Assembly: GCF_006345805.1 (NCBI RefSeq)
Contig: NC_043016.1
Span: 29,016,001-29,080,000 of the forward strand
Source of the DNA: Octopus sinensis
Lineage: Eukaryota
DNA length: 64,000 nt
Direction of reading: 5' to 3'
The position numbers were made by a program, and so were the translations under genes. Below are positions 1-12,295 of the stretch, piece by piece (within the stretch, counting starts at the first letter, position 1; each line of letters opens with the position of its first letter). Below the pieces are notes generated by a model that worked only from the letters and a program-made list of their open reading frames with translations, ran no database searches and had not been told where the DNA came from.

Positions 1-1929
1 CCACGTATATGCAGATATGCGAAAAGCCTCAAAAAATTCATTAATGTCAATGTTACCATCTTTATCAAAGTCCATAGTTTTCCCTATTTTAGCAATATCA
101 CCTTCTTTAAATATATGGCTGGTACATCTTTGAAGAATCATCATGCCATCCTTAAATTCTTGCATCGTAATTGCTCCAGAATTATCAACATCAAATGTTC
201 GAAATATAGTCTCCAAGATCTCTCTGTTAGCATACACAATGTCTGCGACTGGGTGTTTGGATGCCCTAGACAAATCCAATATCTTAAAAGTGTTTTCGTA
301 ATGCACCATGTTGTCGCTATCGACATCACAGATTCTGTTAATGATTAAACGCCATGGCACTTTCAGCTTCAGCACTGCACCCAAACATGTGCTGAAGTCT
401 TTGGCACTTACGGTTCCAGTTCCATCCTTATCGTATTGACTAAGTGCCTCTTTGAGCTCTGGAAGTTTCAAACTAATCATTTGCTTTATTTTACTGAATG
501 CGGAAATTTCCAACGAAATTATCTGATCTTTTATGTTCAAATTATTTAACGCATCTTCATTGCTGACAAACGGGATGATACTCAAATTTTTTTCGTCACC
601 ACGGTATATTACAAAAGCACCTTTATTGCTTCCTCGTTCGTAATAGTTGGATGCAGAGAAAATGGTTAACACTTGGTTGTCGTGTGTGTACTCGTAGCCA
701 TTCACTTTACATTCGTGAGATCTTATTAGAAGTACAAGATTGTTCTCCTCTAAGAAATTACTTGTAATATCAGGTCCAAAATATTTCCCACTTCCCCTAA
801 ATTCATTTTCAGTGCAACCCTTTTGGTTTGACGGATCACTCCAGAGAAGATCGAGCAAGTATCCCCAGCTACATTTCTCATTTACCTCAAAAAATGAACC
901 TGGTTTTATGACTGAAACAAATTTCGTTCTTGGAATTTGATTGATTTTCTTTAAATCTAACTCATCCGATATTCCTCCATGTACAACCAATATTTTATTA
1001 TCGATGATCGAACCCAATGGTAGATATTTAAATAGTATATTGAACATCTTGAGGAGTCTTTTTGCGTAAGTTCTAAATCTTAGAGTAATTTCTTTTATGA
1101 AACCATATCTCCTGTTTAAAATAGGATCTTCGTGGTTTCCTCTGTTCAAGAATACATGATTAGGAAACACCAAAATACAGTAAAATATAATCATGCACAC
1201 TTCAACACACTTGGGTCCTCTATCGACGATGTCTCCATTAAAAACATAAGGGTTTGTTGTAGAAGGAAGGTTATTTTTGTGAAATATGGTAAGTAGATCA
1301 TCCAAACTTCCATGTAAGTCTCCAATAATAGTCACCTTCTTGTTAACAGAAGTTGTTGTTATACGATACAAATTATTTCGAGATTTCAGTTTTAAAATCG
1401 TGTCCCTCAGTATTTGTGAAACATATGCAGCATGGATTATTTTGCCACATCTGAAATCATTGACCAGAATCTGCAATTTATTAGATGAATAAGGTAGTGT
1501 GATCACGATGCCAACATAATCGTTTGGAATAATTTGTGGAATTTCAAGATCTTTTATAGAAGTGTCTACATCGATGACTGAAGGACGTCCGGCGGCCTTG
1601 TTGATCAACCTTTGTTGAATAAAATCCACTTTTGCTGTGTCTTGGAATTCTTCGATCAAAACTTTAAACATTTTACTCAACTTTAATTGATGGTGTTCAC
1701 CGAAATATTCAATTTCTTGAAATACATTCCAGGCTATTTCTCTTCTGACTCTCAACTTACTCGACCAAACACGGAACCATTTCTGAATCAACAGCGCTGC
1801 TTTCACATCTGTTAGTTTCAGTAGCTCCGAATCCAATTCTTTCCGTTCCGGCTTAGTCCCACGTTTCAATTTGAAATGAGAGACGGCTGTCACCTTTCCT
1901 TCTATTAGTTTGGTACAGCAGCTGCCCAT
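1..1929 (-). CDS. PPEF: Intronless PPEF/rdgC-family Ser/Thr protein phosphatase with EF-hands; 3' end lies just beyond the window start
   Basis: Hand translation from ATG 1929 gives 643 codons with no stop down to base 1, and there is an in-frame upstream TGA. N-terminus MGSCCT; IQ-like AALLIQKWFR followed by VFQEIEYFGE; PPP motifs GDLHG, GDIVDRG, NRGNHE, HGGIS, LLWSDP, RSHECK; the PPEF-type FSASNYY; VPWR; EF-hand loops DKDGTGTVSAKDF, DVDNSGAITMQEF, DFDKDGNIDINEF; C-terminal NEFFEAFR. Absent from the ORF track because it has no stop inside the window. Confidence 0.95.
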   Translation of the reverse strand, partial: MGSCCTKLIEGKVTAVSHFKLKRGTKPERKELDSELLKLTDVKAALLIQKWFRVWSSKLRVRREIAWNVFQEIEYFGEHHQLKLSKMFKVLIEEFQDTAKVDFIQQRLINKAAGRPSVIDVDTSIKDLEIPQIIPNDYVGIVITLPYSSNKLQILVNDFRCGKIIHAAYVSQILRDTILKLKSRNNLYRITTTSVNKKVTIIGDLHGSLDDLLTIFHKNNLPSTTNPYVFNGDIVDRGPKCVEVCMIIFYCILVFPNHVFLNRGNHEDPILNRRYGFIKEITLRFRTYAKRLLKMFNILFKYLPLGSIIDNKILVVHGGISDELDLKKINQIPRTKFVSVIKPGSFFEVNEKCSWGYLLDLLWSDPSNQKGCTENEFRGSGKYFGPDITSNFLEENNLVLLIRSHECKVNGYEYTHDNQVLTIFSASNYYERGSNKGAFVIYRGDEKNLSIIPFVSNEDALNNLNIKDQIISLEISAFSKIKQMISLKLPELKEALSQYDKDGTGTVSAKDFSTCLGAVLKLKVPWRLIINRICDVDSDNMVHYENTFKILDLSRASKHPVADIVYANREILETIFRTFDVDNSGAITMQEFKDGMMILQRCTSHIFKEGDIAKIGKTMDFDKDGNIDINEFFEAFRISAYTW

Positions 1930-2189
1930 ATCAAACCTTAGAATTAAATTTCAAGGAAAATGTCCTGCAGTCTTATCATAGAACGATGGCGACATTAACT
2001 TATGTCTTCTTGAAATGTTCTTCCTCCAGCAACATCACTTAAACTAAAAAATGTCGTCCTTTACAATCTCTTAAAAACCTCTTCTGTCCTTGCGTGCATT
2101 TGATATGTAAACATTATATTATCAGTTTTGTTTAGGTAATATTACAGACAACAGAACACTTTCTACAGCATAAATGTCATTATTATGTG

Positions 2190-2580
2190 AGACTACACAC
2201 GCACACATATACATGCAAACTATATATTCATACACATACATCATTAGATATACACACATATATGTATATGTGTGTATGCATATATATATATATATGCATA
2301 CACACACACACACTTATGTATATGTAAATAAAAATATATAATAATAACGACGTTTTTGTATAGTGTTCAGGTGCACTATATGTGTGTTTGTGCTCATGTA
2401 AGAATATGTATCATTCTCTCTCTCTCACACACACACATATATGTACGTTTATGAGTATTTATTTATCTCTATACTATACGTATGTATATATGTATGCATA
2501 AGTCATGCAGTGTATATGCGTGTGTATGTATATAATATATATTATATTTATATATATATGTATGTATATGTATATGTATA

Positions 2581-2614
<34 letters not shown>

Positions 2615-2779
2615 TATATGTGTGTGTGTAATATATATGTATGCATATATATATATATGTATGCATATATATATATGTATAATATATATATATATTATTA
2701 TATATATGTGTGTGTACATATATACATACATACATATATTATATATGTATATATATATTGTTGAACCTGGCCATATATA

Positions 2780-2853
<74 letters not shown>

Positions 2854-2900
2854 ATATATATAATATGTATATATAGATATGTGCGTGCGTGTTAGTGGGG
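2190..2900. repeat. Compound (TA)n/(CA)n/(TG)n microsatellite field
   Basis: Directly visible; source of several YIYI/MCVC ORFs. Similar fields at 15720-15970, 26705-26860, 31370-31550, 34170-34270, 34750-34940, 55975-56410. Confidence 0.95.
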
Positions 2901-3599
2901 TGCACATACACGTATTAAGTGCGAATACTAATTAGAATAATGATGATAATGCTTGTTGATTATGATTAAAGAATGGAGGGCTGAAGAGAGCTTTTTTTCT
3001 TCTTTTCACTTGTTACTAATCAGGTTTACAATTTTCCATTAACACTGATGACCGCCCACAGATGTAGTGGTGGTGGTGGTGGTGGTGATGGTGGTGGTGA
3101 CGACTACGACGACGACGATGACGACGACGACGATGATGATAATCATAATGCGGATACATCCAAGTCAATGCTAATAACATGACTACTTAATTGTCTTAGA
3201 GACCTAGAGCTGATCCATGCCAAGTTTAAACTTATATGGAATCGTGGATGAAAGTGAAGTAAGCGGACTGTCCAGCCATAAATGATGGACAATGGAAGCT
3301 AGCTTGTGTCTTTGTGCGATGGGCAACAAAGGCTTTTGTTCTTGAAATACGATTCTAACAGTTACTAACTGACCGTTTCTCATCATCCAGGAGTCTGTAC
3401 TTGTTTTGCTCCCACCCACCACCTTTTTACCCCCCCCCCATCCCACCATTTTAAAAAAAAAACCAAAACAGTACATTCCTAACTTTTGGAGAGAAAGGCG
3501 ACGACGTCACTAAAAAGGTAGTTTTTTTCAGAACGTCAGCACATTTACAATGAAATAAACGATATTGTTTTCAAATTTTAGTTTCTATTCCATTTCCCA

Positions 3600-3840
3600 C
3601 CTCGTCCTCCTCCTCCTCCTCCTGCCCTGCTCCTCCTCCTCCTCTCCATCTCAGAGATGCACGGTTCTTTTGTTTCACTCACTTTTGCCCTTGTTCGTTG
3701 TTTCATTGTTTGGGTGAGGGGACGGAAGAAGAAAAAGAAGAAGAAGAAGAAGAAGAAAAAGAAGAAGAAGAAGAAGAAGGAGGAGGAGAAGAAGAAGGAG
3801 GAGTACGAGGACAAGGAGGAGGAAAGGGCGACGGAGTAGT
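3600..3840. repeat. (TCC)n and (GAA)/(GGA)n trinucleotide tracts
   Basis: Directly visible; source of poly-K/F/L ORFs. Confidence 0.9.
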
Positions 3841-4180
3841 CTTTCATGACGAAATACGAATGCAGTAATTAAGTGTATTATTTCTTGTGAAACTTCCATA
3901 GAGATCGTTTTTCTTTGCTGTCTGTCTATCCCAGTGTTTACACTTTTAAAAAATCAAATCTTTCCACTTTTTACTCAATCTTGCCCTTTGGGGTTTTTCC
4001 TCGAATCGTCCAGACAACAAAGAGAATTTAATGATGGTTAAGACTCGTAGTTTGGACTGTGTCACACACAGAAACTGGGTTCTTCACTGAAATAGGTCCA
4101 ACTTCTAATGTGTGTATGTGTGTGTGTATTAGATAATAAAACGTCTTTCATTTACCACATATATATATATATATATATAT

Positions 4181-5430
4181 AAGGAAGTATAACTGGGAAG
4201 ATAGCTTTTGTATGTGGCAGATGCTCGAGTGCAATAAACACTGACAATGCGCAGAGAACAACTTCCGCCACATTCCAGGGAGAAAAACTACAAGTAGTTG
4301 ATTGCTTCCGTTACCTAGGTGACCAAGTCGGTAGTGGGGGAGGGTGCTCTGAAAGTATAGCTGCTAGAATAAGAATAGCTTTGGAAAAATTCAGAGAGAT
4401 CTTACCCCTGCTGGTGACAAAGGGCCTCTCGCTTAGAGTAAAAGGTAGGCTATATGGCGCATGTGTACGAACAGCCATGCTACGTGGCAGTGAAACATGG
4501 GCTGTGACTGCTGAGGACATGCGCAAGCTTGCAAGGAATGAAGCCAGTATGATCCGATGGATGTGTAATGTCAGTGTGCATACTCGACAGAGTGTAAGTA
4601 CCTTGAGAGAAAAGTTGGACCTAAGAAGCATGTTGCGAGAATGGATGAGGATAGCTATGTGAAAAAGTGCACACCCTTGCAATTGAGAGAACCTGTGGAA
4701 GAGGTAGACCCAGGTAGACCTGGGATGGAGTGGTGAAGCACAACCTTTGAACTTTAGGCCTCACCAAGGAAATGACTAGTGAATGAGACCTTTGGAAATA
4801 TGCTGTTCTTGAGAAGACCCAGCAAGCCAAATGAGACCATAACCTCATAGCCTGTGCCATGGGCGTAACCAGCTCACTTATGCGTACCTTTTCCTTCTTT
4901 GGATACTAAACTCTGCTTGCGAAGACCTGTTGAGGCAAGTGAAATCGAAATCAAAATCAAAGTGAAATTCAATGATGGGTATGAGCACCATCCAAGTGTG
5001 ATCATTGACAGAGCGGCTAACTGGTTTCCGTGCCAGTGGCACATAAAAGGCACCATTCGAGTGTGATCGTTACCAGCCTCGCCTTACTGGCACTTGTGCC
5101 CCATGCTAGTAGGGTGCTAAGAGCACCATCTGAACTTGATCGTTGCCAGAGCGGCTAACTGGCTTCCATGCTGGCGGCATGTAGGAGGCACCATTCGAGC
5201 GGGATCATCACCAGCATTGCCTTACTGGCCCCTGTGCTGGTGGCACGTAAAAAGCACCCACTACACTCTTGGAGTAGTTGGCGTTAGGAAGGGCATCCAG
5301 CTGTAGAAATTCTGCCAGATCAAGACTGGAGCCTGGTGCAGCCATCTGGTTCGCCAGCCCACAGTCAAACCGTCCAACGCATGCTAGCATAGAAAGTGGA
5401 TGTTAAACGATGATGATGATGATGATGATA
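4181..5430 (+). mobile_element. 5'-truncated RTE-clade LINE (ORF2 3' part, 3' UTR, (GAT)n tail)
   Basis: Translates FVCGRC...EKLQVVDCFRYLGDQVGSGGGCSESIAARIRIALEKFREILPLL...LRGSETWAV...RWMCNVS, then deletion/frameshift. Continues into the modular ggcacgtaaaaagcacc 3' UTR and ends gttaaacgatgatgatgat. Confidence 0.85.
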
Positions 5431-6326
5431 TATATATATTATATATATATATATATACACAATCTTTTTACTCAGGGACTAGTATACCTGACACCGTTTG
5501 ATAATCGGTGCGCATTCAAAGCCAGTGAACAGGAATGACGACACCAGTTTGACTTTGAATCTCTTTAACAATTCAAAATAATGAATTTAATTCCTCTTAA
5601 TTCTACTTCAGTTCATCTAATTGTATTTATTTATTGCTACTTTTCATAAAAGAGCCATTATTTTTTTATATTCAATGTATAAGGGGAAGCTGACATTAAG
5701 ATGCAAGAGAGAGAACTACATTGGTATGGACAAATGATGTGAATGAAGACTGTTGCATAAAATAAGTGGTGAGTGATCCGAGTGGACTGTGCCAATGGAA
5801 TAGGAAAGTAAGGAAGTTATAGAATGACATGGGACTAACTGATGGAAACTGATCTTGTTGGAACCACATAGAATGCTTCTTGTGCCTGTGGTGTGTAAAT
5901 GCGGCGAGATGGCAGAAACGTTAGCGCGCCGGGCGAAATGCTTAGCGGTATTTCGCCTGTCGTTACGTTGTGAGTTCAAATTCCGCCGAGGTCGACTTTG
6001 CCTTTCATCCTTTCGGGGTCGATAAATAAAGTACCAATTTCGCACTGGGGTCGATGTAATCGACTTAATCCCTTTGTCTGTCCTTGTTTGTCCCCTCTAT
6101 GTTTGGCTCCTTGTGGGTAGTAAAGAATTATGTGGTGTGTAAATGCACCTGCGCTGGTGCCATGTAAAAAGCATTCAGCATACTCTATAAAGTGGTTGGT
6201 GTTAGGAAATGCATCCTGCAGTAGAAACCATGCCAAAACAAACAACTGGAGTCTGGATAGCTCCCTGGCTGGCCAACTCCTGTCGAGCCATCCAACCCAT
6301 GCCAGCATGGAAAACAGATGTTAAAC

Positions 6327-6359
<33 letters not shown>

Positions 6360-6418
6360 TCTCACAAAATAGTTGACAAGTGATTGCAACAACCAGTCAC
6401 CTGCGGTAATGCAGAAAA

Positions 6419-6458
<40 letters not shown>

Positions 6459-7656
6459 TTAGACCAGCATGGAGCATGGTAGAAAGAATACTAATGATAG
6501 GAGTGCTGTCAGCTGAGATCCTCTTGCTGCAGTTACCTACCACTCCCCAATTCTTTTACTATCTTCTCTCCACAAGTCTCCCTGCCCAAGATGCTTTCAC
6601 TCTTTTCTTACTATACTCTTCTCCCCACCCCCTTTTATGATATTCTCCTCTGACCTCTCTTTGTCTCATTGTTTTCACTACATTCACCCTCTCCTCTCTC
6701 TCTCTCTCTATTTCTACAGTAATTTCCAGCCCTTCTTTCTCTTACTCTTGCATACACACATTGCTGCAACACTTTCTCTCACCCCACCACTCTGTCTCTC
6801 TTTCTCTCACGATCTCTCTCCTCAGCCTCCCTAACTAGGGCATTTTGTTTACATTCATACTTTGTTCTTTCTCCTACCACCGCAGCCACCACCTCTTTGG
6901 TAGCCCCTCCTTCAGCTTCTCTTTCCATCACTGCTCTTGCTGCATTCATCCACTGCTCCCTTGACCTACCTCTTTTCTCTTATTGCACTTTCTCCCAGCT
7001 TATCCACTGCCTCAAAAACTCATCCCCACCACACTGTCTTTAACCTACCTCAATGCATCCCAAAGCCCACCTTCACTCAAGTGACCTCCTCTCCTGATTT
7101 CTTGCCACTCTCACCTATTTCTCTTTCATTTATGTTCCATTCCACCCATACCCTTATATAGGATGGCAAGGGATCCTCCTACTGATCTCACCTTTTCATC
7201 CTTACACCTTACCACTCCTTCTCTCATTAACCCCTGACACTAATTCCTTTCTCCTTTCCTCTTTCTTTACATACTACTCTCTTTCTCTCTCTCTCTATAT
7301 ATATATATGTATACACACACACACATATATGTAATATATGTATATACATACATACATACATATGCACATAAAAGTACCCACTACACTCTCGGAGTGGTTA
7401 GCATTAGGAAGGGCATCCAGCTGTAATAACTCTGCCAGATCAGTCAAATCGTCCAACCCATGGAAAGCGGATGTTAAACGATGATGATGATGATGATGGT
7501 GAAGATGATGATGATGATATATATATATATATATAGGGGAAAGTAAGAAAAATAAGCGAAAATGCACATTGGAAATCAAAAAAAGTAAAGGCTTTTTATG
7601 AAAAGTAACGAAAGACATGATATATACAATTAGATGAACTGAAGTAGGAATAAAAG

Positions 7657-7704
<48 letters not shown>

Positions 7705-7941
7705 TGTTTATACTCTTTTACTCTTGCCTCTCACAACTACAAACTGCTCCTCTTATAGTTTGTCTTTGTCATGAGCTCACTTAGCATCATCACACTCTCC
7801 CTTCTATTCCGAATTATAGGTACAATCTATCCAAGGTTACAGACATTAACATTTGCCTAAGACACTATGCAGTGGGATTGAACCCTGAACCTCGTAGTTA
7901 GGAAACATACTTCTTAACCCTTTCACTACCATTACCACATC

Positions 7942-8281
7942 CGTGGACACGTTTACAAAGTTTACAAAGTCAGAAAACAGCACAGCTCCCATGACTTTCG
8001 GAAACATTTTTTCACGCTAAGAGTTGCTGAAGCATGGAACAAACTGCCAGCATCAGTTGTTAGTTGTCGGAGCACTGCATCCTTCGAAACTTCCATGCTT
8101 CTTGAGATTCACCAACACTACACCTAATTTTCTCCCCTCCATACACATGCAAGCATGTATCTGACTCATACACTGTTCGCTGTCCACACATTTGTATATT
8201 ACTGCATATACTTTATACGCACTTTTTGACAAGTTATGGTGCACCTGAGCACTGTATACAATAATTTCATTATTATTATTT
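7942..8281 (+). mobile_element. 5'-truncated CR1-clade LINE 3' end
   Basis: RGHVYK...RKHFFTLRVAEAWNKLPASVVSCRSTASF...HYT* followed by a short 3' UTR and (ATT)n tail. Confidence 0.8.
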
Positions 8282-10598
8282 TTTTTTATTTCTGTTGAAA
8301 TACACTGCCCTTTTCTCAATTAATTTTGAAAATAATACTCTTTACTCTTTTACTTGTTTCAGTCATTTGACTGTGGCCATGCTGGAGAACCGCCTTTAAT
8401 TGAGCAACTCGACCCCGGACTTATTCTTTGTAAGCCCAGTACTTATTCTATTGGTCTCTTTTGCCGAACCGCTAAGTTACGGGGACATAAACACACCAGC
8501 ATCGATTGTCAAGCAATGCTAGGGGGACAACCACAAACATACACGCACACACACATATACATATATATACATATATACAACTGGCTTCTTTCAGTTTCTG
8601 TCTACCAAATCCACTCACAAGGCTTTGGTCGGCCCAAGGCTATAGTAGAAGACACTTGCCCAAGGTCCCATGCAGTGCGACTGAACCCGGAACCATGTGG
8701 TTGGTTAGCAAGCTACTTACCACACAGCCACTCCTAAAATTATTAAAATAACTCTGACATTATTCAGCTGGGGCTTAGAACATAAATTAATATGAAATTT
8801 TAATTTAGATTACTTTAAAATGGGAAGTTTGTATCATAGGACCAAGTGTGGTTTCAGGGTGGGTTTGTATCTGTAGGGTTAATCATTCAGCCATATTGAC
8901 TCTCATGTAAGTAAATAGACACTAATGAATTGTACTTGATACGTTTTAATTTGTCTAAACAAGATGACTGAGAATGTATAATGACACAAGTCAGTCAGTG
9001 CTTTGACCATTGTTTACGTGAATGGAAATAAACAGAAATAGTAAACTCTAAATATAAAAGAAAATATGGAATATTTTTCTAATAATAGCCTAGCATCCAC
9101 ATCTATCAGTGTATACTGAAAGCAAGAACTAAAAATAAGTCTTAGGAGAAATGCTTCCATCAAACCTGAGCTAGAAAGATTATAAAGCTTTTCAATGAAT
9201 TTCTAGATTCCTTTCATCTTGTTGTGTTGGAAGGAAAACTTGTTCTTGGTAATTGGTAAATGGGCTTAATAGATTACAGTAAAGAAATATCCTCAAACCT
9301 TGAGAAAGTCATCAGAATTAGAGACTAGAGGAAGGAAATATAAATTGAGTGAAGGAAGTGAACTGGCAGAATCGTTAGCACGCCGGGCGAAATGCTTTGT
9401 GGTATTTTGTCCGCTGCTGCGTTCTGAGTTCAAATTCCGCCATGGTTAACTTTGTCTTTCATCCTTTCGGGGTCGATAAATTAAGTACCAGTTATGCACT
9501 GGGGTCGATGTAATTGACTTAATCCATTTGTCTGTCTTTGTTTGTCCTCTCTATGTTTAGCCCCTTGTGGGCAATAAAGAAATAGGTATTTTGTCTACCG
9601 CTATGTTCTGAGTTCAAATTCCACTGAGGTTAACTTTGCCTTTCATCCTTTCGGGGTCGATAAATTAAGTACCAGTTATGCACTGGGGTCGATGTAATCG
9701 ACTTAATCCATTTGTCTGTCTGTTTGTCCCCTCTATGTTTAGCCCCTTGTGGCAATAAAGAATTAAATATAAATTAAGTGTTTATCATGTAAAGAATATC
9801 CATAGTAACATCTTCAAGACAAAAAAATTTAACTTTCATTACTGGAGGGTGGCAATGATGATGATGATGACTGCTTCTTTTTTAACATGCTGGAATGAAT
9901 CGGACAATTTGGCATGTACTGGTTAGCCAGAGAGCTACACCAAAGTCCAAGGTTTCTACAGGCCGATGCCTTTCCTAATACCTATTTCTTTATTACCCAC
10001 AAGGGGCTGAACATAGAGGGGACAAACATGGACAGACATAGGTATTAAGTCGATTACATCGACCCCAGTGCTTAACTGATACTTAATTTATCAACCCCGA
10101 AAGGATGAAAGGCAAAGTTGACCTCGGTGGAATTTGAACTCACAATGTAACAGCAGACGAAATACCGCTAAGCATTTCGCCCGACGTGCTAACGAATCTG
10201 CTAGCTCGCCGCCTTTCCTAATACCAAGCACTTCACAGCATGTACTGGGTGCTTTTTATTTTTTTCATGGCACCTGTACTGGTGAAGTCATAAAATACTT
10301 GCAAGACAAGACACTTCAACTGAGTGGGATATATATTAAAGGATATGGAAGTATGATAGAGAGAAAGGAACAAGTGTTTTGCTGAAGAAGATTGCCCACT
10401 TGGAAAGAGAGAGAGAGAGAGAGAGATATGTGATGTCAAGTTATTAGGTGAATATGAGAGAATAGGGATAGAACAGAAAAGGTGGATGGATAGGTAAGTG
10501 ACTTAGAGTGTAAAGAGCATGACAGATGATTAAAGATGGAGATTGGGGTGAAATAAAGAATGGTATGAAAGTCCAGACAACATCATTATCATTTAATG

Positions 10599-11795
10599 TC
10601 TGTTGTCCATGCTGACATGGGTTGGATGGTGTGACCAGAGCTGGCAAGTTGGTGAGGGAGGGACTGTGCCCCCCCCCGTCTGATTTGGCATGGTTTCTAC
10701 AGTTGGAGGCCCTTCTTAATGGTAGTAAGTAAAATACACGGTGCATTTCAGTTCTATATTTAAGAGATGAAGAATTATGTACATTATTCACATTATCATT
10801 TACATTATTTACATTTGACGATATTTGTCCTCATCTTGTTTGTTGTTAACACAACATTTCAGCTGATATACCCTCCGGCCTTCATCAGGTGTCTTGGAGA
10901 AATTTTGAACCTGGGTTCTCATTCCTAAGGTATTTTTCAATGTTATTATTATTATTATTATTATTGTTCAGTTCACTGCTTGGAATCGAACTCAGAATCT
11001 TGGGGTTAGTAGCCCACATTCTTAACCACTACACTACAGAGGTCATAAAATATATGCAAGACAAAACACTTCAAATGAGTGGGATATATATTAAAGGATA
11101 TGAAAGTATGATAGAGAGAAAGGAACAAGTGTTTTGCTGAAGAGGTGAAGAAGATTGCCCACTTGCAAAGAGAGAGAGAGAGAGAAGGAGAAAGAGAGAT
11201 GTGACAAGAGATGTAACCACTATGCCATATGTCCACGGGCCTATAGCGTAGTGGTTAAGAGCATGGCTTCTAACCCCAAGATTCTGAGTTCGATTCCAAG
11301 CAGTGAACTGAACAATAATAATAATAACATTGAAAAATACCTTAGGAATGAGAACCCAGATTCAAAATTTCCCCAAGACACCTGATGAAGGCTGGAGGGT
11401 ATATCAGCTGAAATGTTGTGTTAACAACAAACAAGATGAGGACAAATATCTGTCAAATGTAAATGATAATGTGAATAATGTACATAATTCCTCATCTCTA
11501 AAATATAGAACTGAAATGCACTGTGTATTTTACTTGCTACCATTAAGAAGGGCCTCCAGCTGTAGAAACCATGCCAAATCAGACGGGTGTTGGGCACAGC
11601 CCCTCCCTCACCAACTTGCCAGCTCTGGTCACACCATCCAACCCATGTCAGCATGGACAACAGAACCCAGGTTTTAAATTTCCCCAAGACACCTGAAGAA
11701 GGCTGGAGGGTATATCAGCTGAAACGTGTTAACAACAAACAAGATGAGGACAAATATCTGTCGAATGTAAATAATGTAAATAAGGTGCATTTCAG
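10599..11795. mobile_element. Penelope-like terminal-repeat cluster: inverted duplication (10599-11036 / 11244-11664) plus a third partial copy
   Basis: The arms are reverse complements, each a chimera of RTE-3'UTR fragment, PLE-like terminus and tRNA-like head. Each copy carries a CTGANGA...GAAA hammerhead-like motif. Confidence 0.7.
11377..11422 (+). ncRNA. Degenerate minimal type I hammerhead ribozyme motif
   Basis: GACAC-CTGATGA-A-GGCTG(gagggtatat)CAGCT-GAA-ATGT-T-GTGTT: stem I GACAC/GTGTT, stem II GGCTG/CAGCT, core CUGAUGA and GAAA. Sister copies at 10848-10893 (-) and 11688-11730 (+). Confidence 0.6.
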
Positions 11796-11899
11796 TTTTG
11801 AGAAATTTTTGGAATGGCAGTTATAACAATCCTAGATTATTGTAATTTTAGTATATAATTGCTATACATCCAATAAGCTGACCTGCAATTTTTGATATT

Positions 11900-12295
11900 C
11901 CAAATAGAAAGAAACTATTGCCACAAGACTTTGAACACCTCCTACTAAACACTGCTTGTCACAATTCCATCCTGGTGACCAACTATTTGACAGAGATGGA
12001 CATCAAAACTGTCCCCTTACTCTTCTTACTGTCAAGACCTTACTTCCTGTGACCTTTTGTTATTCTCCAAGCAGAACTTCAGGGGCAGTTGTTTTGAAGA
12101 CATTGAGAAGATCATGGTTGTGACAAGAGTCCTGGATACCTTCACTGCAGAGGATTTCTAGGGGATCTTCACAAAGTGTAACAAGTACATTGAATTCAGA
12201 GGATTCTACTCTGAAGGAAATTGGAGTTTTCTCCTTCTTTGAAATTAATAAATGTCTATTCTGGAAAAAGTCTCAAAACTTCTGGAATGCACCAA
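11900..12295 (+). mobile_element. Degenerate Tc1/mariner transposase 3' remnant
   Basis: Broken reading of YLTEMDIKTVP...CDF...FEDIEKI...TRVLDTFTAEDF...NKYIE..G.Y.EG, ending in a TIR-like aaaacttctggaatgcacc. Confidence 0.6.

Noticed and set aside
115-1492. Short ORF-track ORFs at 115-348, 141-329, 740-940 and 1286-1492
   Set aside because: Antisense or out-of-frame shadows of the PPEF CDS.
2122-2911. YIYI/HTHT/MCVC ORFs here and at other microsatellites; ERER, poly-K and poly-V ORFs
   Set aside because: Translations of di- and trinucleotide repeats.
3204-3476. 90-aa minus-strand ORF in non-repetitive sequence
   Set aside because: No recognisable motif or convincing splice signals; could be UTR or promoter sequence of PPEF but unsupported.
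11235-11305. tRNA gene (also 26025-26100)
   Set aside because: A/B-box-like heads without a full cloverleaf, embedded in repeats: SINE heads.
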